Assembly: GCA_965203465.1 (NCBI GenBank)
Contig: CBDBCR010000003.1
Location: forward strand, 928,263-992,262
Direction: 5' to 3'
Source: Nitrosopumilaceae archaeon
GTDB taxonomy: Archaea; Thermoproteota; Nitrososphaeria; Nitrososphaerales; Nitrosopumilaceae
Length of the DNA stretch: 64,000 nt
Part shown: positions 60,011 to 64,000 of the stretch, in pieces
Layout: each line of letters opens with the position of its first letter
Position numbering within the stretch: position 1 is the stretch's first letter
Translations under genes and position numbers: made by a program
The notes under the pieces: model-generated
What the model was told of the DNA's origin: nothing
What the model saw: the letters and a program-made list of their open reading frames with translations, nothing else
The model's database searches: none

Positions 60011-60613
60011 TTAAACTTCGGCCGGCGCGACTTTTTGCTGCTCGTAGCGCTCCAAGATGGCCGTCAGCGCCGTGGAGACGGGCACGTTCATGCGCTTTTT
60101 CTCGGCCAGCAACTTTTGGTACGCCTCCAGTGTAATGTACACCGGTATCGACCCGTTGCCCTCGAGCAGGCCGCGCACCTTGTAGAGGGCCGTCTCCATG
60201 CCCCTTTCGGCGGACTTTGCGAACTTTGCCTTGTCCATGATGGAGCCGAGCGGCCCGAACGGCATCTCGTACTCTACGGTCATGGTCACGCGCGTCTTGC
60301 GGGCTCCGAGCTCCTCGAAGAGGGTGGTGATGCGCCACTTTTTGAACGGGCCGTCTATCTGCACCGCCGATATGCGCTCCTCGCGCTCGAACTCGGTCGT
60401 CTCGCAGTCCCACTCTATGCGCTTGCCGCCAAAGTCGCCTATGATGCGGAACGTGGTCCCCACGCCCATCCCCTCCTTGATGTCCATCGGTATGACGGTC
60501 ATGCCGACGCCCTTGTCGCTCATCTGATCCGAGACATGCTCGGGGCGCGCAAAGTAGGTAAAGACTGTGGATATCGGAGATTTTATCTCGAGCGACCTGC
60601 TGACCGTTGTCAA
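60011..60613 (-). CDS. SRPBCC (START-like) family protein
   Basis: VSRSLEIKSP..VF.Y, GMGVGTTF, GPFKKW, TRVTMTVEY..PFGPLG. Confidence 0.85.
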   Translation of the reverse strand: MTTVSRSLEIKSPISTVFTYFARPEHVSDQMSDKGVGMTVIPMDIKEGMGVGTTFRIIGDFGGKRIEWDCETTEFEREERISAVQIDGPFKKWRITTLFEELGARKTRVTMTVEYEMPFGPLGSIMDKAKFAKSAERGMETALYKVRGLLEGNGSIPVYITLEAYQKLLAEKKRMNVPVSTALTAILERYEQQKVAPAEV

Positions 60614-60704
60614 CGCCCGCGTTCCCGGCGGCGTTGATTTAAAGCTTTGGCGGGGTTAGGTCTGCCTAAGGTTGCAATATATTTCCGGCCTCCCGCGGGG
60701 AACC

Positions 60705-61232
60705 GTGAAGCGTGCCGCGTTTCTGGCGCTGGCCCTGCTGGCGCTGCAGCCGGCGTGGGGCCACTCGCTGTTCAACTCCGCCGAGCAGACCGTCGGCGGG
60801 TACCGGATGCAGGTGGCCACCCTGCCCGAGTTCCCCCAAGTGGGCGAGCCCTCGCAGATACTGTTCCGCCTCACCGACGAGAGCCTCGAGGAGGTGAGCA
60901 GGTTCTCCATGAGCATCCGCATATTCTACAACGGCGAGCAGGTGCAGGCGCTGCGGCCCCAGTCCATAGACGGCGGGCACTGGGAGATGCAGTACGTCTT
61001 CGAGCGCGGCGGCAACCACATATTCAGGGTGGACGCCCAGCCGCCCGACGGGCGCACCCTCCAGTACACCTTCAACATGAGCACCCAGAGCCCGTTCGGC
61101 TACATATTCTTCGTGGCCATAACGGCGGGGGCCGGCATCTTCGGCGTCGTGATCTCGTACGTGTACATGCCCAGGATCAGGTCTTGGCTGTCAGCTTTTG
61201 CCCGTCCAAGCGGAAGGCGGCCAGGACGGTGA
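60705..61232 (+). CDS. Exported, C-terminally anchored protein (possible copper/oxidase assembly factor)
   Basis: Signal peptide ending AWG-H, beta-rich middle, C-terminal TM helix; next to the cox cluster. Confidence 0.65.
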   Translation: MKRAAFLALALLALQPAWGHSLFNSAEQTVGGYRMQVATLPEFPQVGEPSQILFRLTDESLEEVSRFSMSIRIFYNGEQVQALRPQSIDGGHWEMQYVFERGGNHIFRVDAQPPDGRTLQYTFNMSTQSPFGYIFFVAITAGAGIFGVVISYVYMPRIRSWLSAFARPSGRRPGR

Positions 61233-61620
61233 GCAGCACGGTGGCGAACAGCAGTATCCCGATGCCCAGGTGCACGGCCACGAGCACCGCGTGAAGTTTC
61301 AGGTCTATGACCAGGGCGCCCAGCGTTATCTGGGTGACGACGAATATCGAGGCCAGGGCGCTGGATGCCTTCATCCGCCTGCCGGCGCCGCGGGCCATCC
61401 ACGCGCCCACCGTCATGGCCACCACGAGCGCGCCGGTCGTGGCAGCCACTGCCCTGTGTATGTACTCTATGAGGTACTCTTCGCTGGGCACCAGCCCGTC
61501 GGGGCACAGGGGCCACTCGGGGCAGGTCAGGCCCAGGCCGGCCGCCGAGATGTACCCGCCTATGAACATGAGCGAGTAGAGCACCACCAACGTAGATAGG
61601 GAGACCCACTTTAGGATCAT
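61177..61620 (-). CDS. ctaA: Heme A synthase, short archaeal CtaA/COX15 type
   Basis: GLTCPEWPLC, EYIHR, QITLGA, VAVH. Confidence 0.9.
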   Translation of the reverse strand: MILKWVSLSTLVVLYSLMFIGGYISAAGLGLTCPEWPLCPDGLVPSEEYLIEYIHRAVAATTGALVVAMTVGAWMARGAGRRMKASSALASIFVVTQITLGALVIDLKLHAVLVAVHLGIGILLFATVLLTVLAAFRLDGQKLTAKT

Positions 61621-61621
61621 G

Positions 61622-62161
61622 TCACTCCACTATGAACGAGCCCACCATTCCCTGCAGTGCGTGGCCCGGCACCGTGCAGATGTAGTAGTATTCGCCCGGT
61701 TCGCCGGCTATGAACGAGACGCTGCCGGACTCGCCGCCCTTGAGCGGGTTGGACGCCGAGCCTATGTCCGAGCCCCACAGCGTGGCAGCAAAGTCGGCCG
61801 GATCGGCGGTGACGCCGAACGCGTGGAAGGTCACGCCGGTGTTGGTCACCGAGACTATCACCTCGTCGCCCGAGGCGACCACCAAGTCGGGGTTGCTGCC
61901 CGGCTCGTCGGGCAGGCCGTTGAACCCCAAGGTGATAAAGTCCGAAGATTCCACAAAGTCCAAGTCGAACGAGACGGTGTCGCCGGTCAGCGGGCCGGAG
62001 GGGGCAGCCGCGACGGCCCCGCCTGTGGCAACCGGCGGAAGCTCCGATATCCAGTAGTCCCAGAGCCCGAAGAATATGCCGCCGCCGACCACGCATATGC
62101 CCAGCATTATCGCCATCATCTTGCCCACGCGGGCGGGGCTGGTAAGGTACGGCTCCATCAA
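61622..62161 (-). CDS. Membrane-anchored blue-copper cupredoxin
   Basis: H..., YICTVPGHALQGM type-1 copper ligands; N-terminal TM. Confidence 0.92.
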   Translation of the reverse strand: MMEPYLTSPARVGKMMAIMLGICVVGGGIFFGLWDYWISELPPVATGGAVAAAPSGPLTGDTVSFDLDFVESSDFITLGFNGLPDEPGSNPDLVVASGDEVIVSVTNTGVTFHAFGVTADPADFAATLWGSDIGSASNPLKGGESGSVSFIAGEPGEYYYICTVPGHALQGMVGSFIVE

Positions 62162-62167
62162 GACACC

Positions 62168-63694
62168 TCAGTGGTGCGGGGTCTTGGCCTGGTACGGGTA
62201 ATAGTACCTGCCACCCACCCCGAACGGGTCGTCCATGTCAGCCGGCTTGCCGCGGCCCGAACTGTGTATGAGGTTGGCCAGGAATATGGCCATGCTGACG
62301 CCGATGAGCATCGCCCCTATCGTGGCTATCTGGTTCATCGCTATCCATTCGGGTATCGGCGGATAGTCGTATATGCGGCGCGGCATGCCGAACAGCCCGA
62401 GCACGTGCTGCGTAAAGAACACCATGACGGTCCCGACGAACGAGAGGATAAAGTGGACGTACCCCAGCTTTTCCTTGTACATGCGCCCGGTCACGTACGG
62501 GAACATGTAGTAAACGTACCCGATGGAGCCGAACGCGATGGTCCCCATGACGAAGAGGTGGAAGTGGCCCACGACCCAGTACGTGTCGTGCGTGGTAAAG
62601 TCGAGCGGCATGGCGCTGTTGACGACCCCGCCGGCGCCGGCCGAAAAGAACAGCGCGATGCCCCCGACTGCCCACATCATCGGGGTGGCGAAGCGTATGC
62701 GGCCGTTCCACATGGTGGCAAGAAAGTTGAACACGTGCATGGCAGAGGCCGGCACGGCGGCCAGCGTCCCGACCATGAAGACGGTCTTTTCGGTGAACGA
62801 CATGCCCGTCGCGTACATGTGGTGGGCCCACGACGAAAAGCCGACTATGGACAAGAGCACGAACGCAAAGATCCCCGAGCTGTGGCTGTATATGGGCTTG
62901 CGCGAAAAGCGCGGTATGATCTCGTACATCATGCCGATGGCCGGTATCACCAGGACGTACACCTCGGGGTGGAACGTGAACCAGAACAGGTGCGCGTAGG
63001 CTATCGGGTCGCCGCCCATGGCCGGGTTGAAGAACCCCGAGACGCCGAGCCTGTCAGTGAGCAGCATCAGCAGCGCGGCTGCGAAGGTCGGCAGGGCCAC
63101 CAGTATTATCAGCGAGGAGGAGAGGAACGACCAGGCCAGCAGCGGCACCTGCCCCAGCGACATGTCGGGGTGCTTGCACTTCATTATGGTGACCACGAAG
63201 TTGATGGATCCCAGTATCGAAGAGACCCCCAGTATCTTGAGGCCGAATATCCACATGTCGGCCGCCGGGCCCGGCGCGCTGATTATCGAATACGGCGGGG
63301 TGGCGTACCAGGTAAAGTCGGCAAAACCCAGCCATATGAGGGCGCCTGCCGGCGGTATCATCCAGAACGCGATGGCGTTGAGCTTTGGGTACGCCATGTC
63401 CTTGTAGCGGACCATGATGGGCACGAAGTAGTTGCCGACCGCCGAGGCGAACGGTATGATGAACAGGAATATCAGGGTCGTCCCGTGCACCGTGAATATG
63501 CGGTTGAACGTCATCGAATCGGCGATGAACTGCGAGCCGGGAAGGAACAGCTCCAGCCGTATGGCCAGGGCCAGCGAGCCTCCCATGAACAGGAACGCCA
63601 GCGACGTTATCAGGTACAGCAGGCCCACGTCGGTGTGGTGGGTCGAGAACATGATCTGCCAGATCGGCCGAGGCTTGGCCAGCTCCAGCGTCAT
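62168..63694 (-). CDS. coxA: Heme-copper oxidase subunit I
   Basis: TVHG, WFTFHPEVY, WAHH, GHFH; start moved to ATG 63694. Confidence 0.97.
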   Translation of the reverse strand: MTLELAKPRPIWQIMFSTHHTDVGLLYLITSLAFLFMGGSLALAIRLELFLPGSQFIADSMTFNRIFTVHGTTLIFLFIIPFASAVGNYFVPIMVRYKDMAYPKLNAIAFWMIPPAGALIWLGFADFTWYATPPYSIISAPGPAADMWIFGLKILGVSSILGSINFVVTIMKCKHPDMSLGQVPLLAWSFLSSSLIILVALPTFAAALLMLLTDRLGVSGFFNPAMGGDPIAYAHLFWFTFHPEVYVLVIPAIGMMYEIIPRFSRKPIYSHSSGIFAFVLLSIVGFSSWAHHMYATGMSFTEKTVFMVGTLAAVPASAMHVFNFLATMWNGRIRFATPMMWAVGGIALFFSAGAGGVVNSAMPLDFTTHDTYWVVGHFHLFVMGTIAFGSIGYVYYMFPYVTGRMYKEKLGYVHFILSFVGTVMVFFTQHVLGLFGMPRRIYDYPPIPEWIAMNQIATIGAMLIGVSMAIFLANLIHSSGRGKPADMDDPFGVGGRYYYPYQAKTPHH

Positions 63695-63729
63695 GCCGTC
63701 CGCTGCCCCCCGTCCGGCTATAACGGTTT

Positions 63730-64000
63730 TCATGCCGGCGCCTCCACTACCAGCTTGCCGCGCATGTTGTAGTGCAGCAGCCCGCAGTACTCGCGGCACT
63801 GTATGTCGTGCTCGCCCGCGTCGGTCGGCGCGAACCAGACCACGTTGGTGCGCCCCGGTATGGCGTCCATGAGCACCACGTAGTCGTGTATGTTGAAAGA
63901 GTGGTTTACGTCCATCGAGGTTATCTCGAACCGGTAGGCCTTGCCCGCCTCGACGTGCAGCTCGCCTATCTCTACGGTGCCGTCCTCGCGCTCGAACGTC
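63730..64000 (-). CDS. coxB: Heme-copper oxidase subunit II, 3' part
   Basis: DVNHSF, DAIPG, CREYCGLLHYNM CuA motif; frame open to the window edge. Confidence 0.95.
   Translation of the reverse strand, partial: TFEREDGTVEIGELHVEAGKAYRFEITSMDVNHSFNIHDYVVLMDAIPGRTNVVWFAPTDAGEHDIQCREYCGLLHYNMRGKLVVEAPA

Noticed and set aside
60011-64000. cox cluster as novel
   Set aside because: Ordinary thaumarchaeal complex IV locus outside the element

Overview
GC-rich archaeal DNA. The coxB-coxA-cupredoxin-ctaA order, AbrB-like proteins and integrase type point to an ammonia-oxidising Nitrososphaerota (Thaumarchaeota) lineage, possibly host-associated (inference). Only about 59.9-64 kb is core chromosome. 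The rest is a tandem array of related integrative elements at the 3' end of tRNA-Lys(CTT). Element A is complete (~57.3 kb, 2646-59915). Element B, with a ~95% identical integrase and a ParM-like gene, starts at 2645 and runs off the left edge. The core of element A is a tyrosine integrase, a structured non-coding region, a ParM-like actin, a VirD4/HerA-like ATPase fused to wHTH and nuclease domains, AbrB-like genes and repeat arrays. Its cargo is a dense defence island plus a secreted-protein operon. The island holds NurA-HerA coupled to a BsuBI/PstI-type RM pair, an AbrB + MT-A70 + PvuII-like RM unit split by IS110, a MORC-GHKL/histidine kinase with a receiver protein, three C5 methyltransferases, two Vsr, two decayed EcoRII-like genes and a UvrD-nuclease-SWIM fusion. 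The secreted operon encodes a zinc-less reprolysin-like protein, a multidomain subtilase and a coupled serpin. IS6-, IS66-, IS110-, IS630- and IS5-like elements are scattered through it. All calls come from reading motifs by eye; no searches were run.
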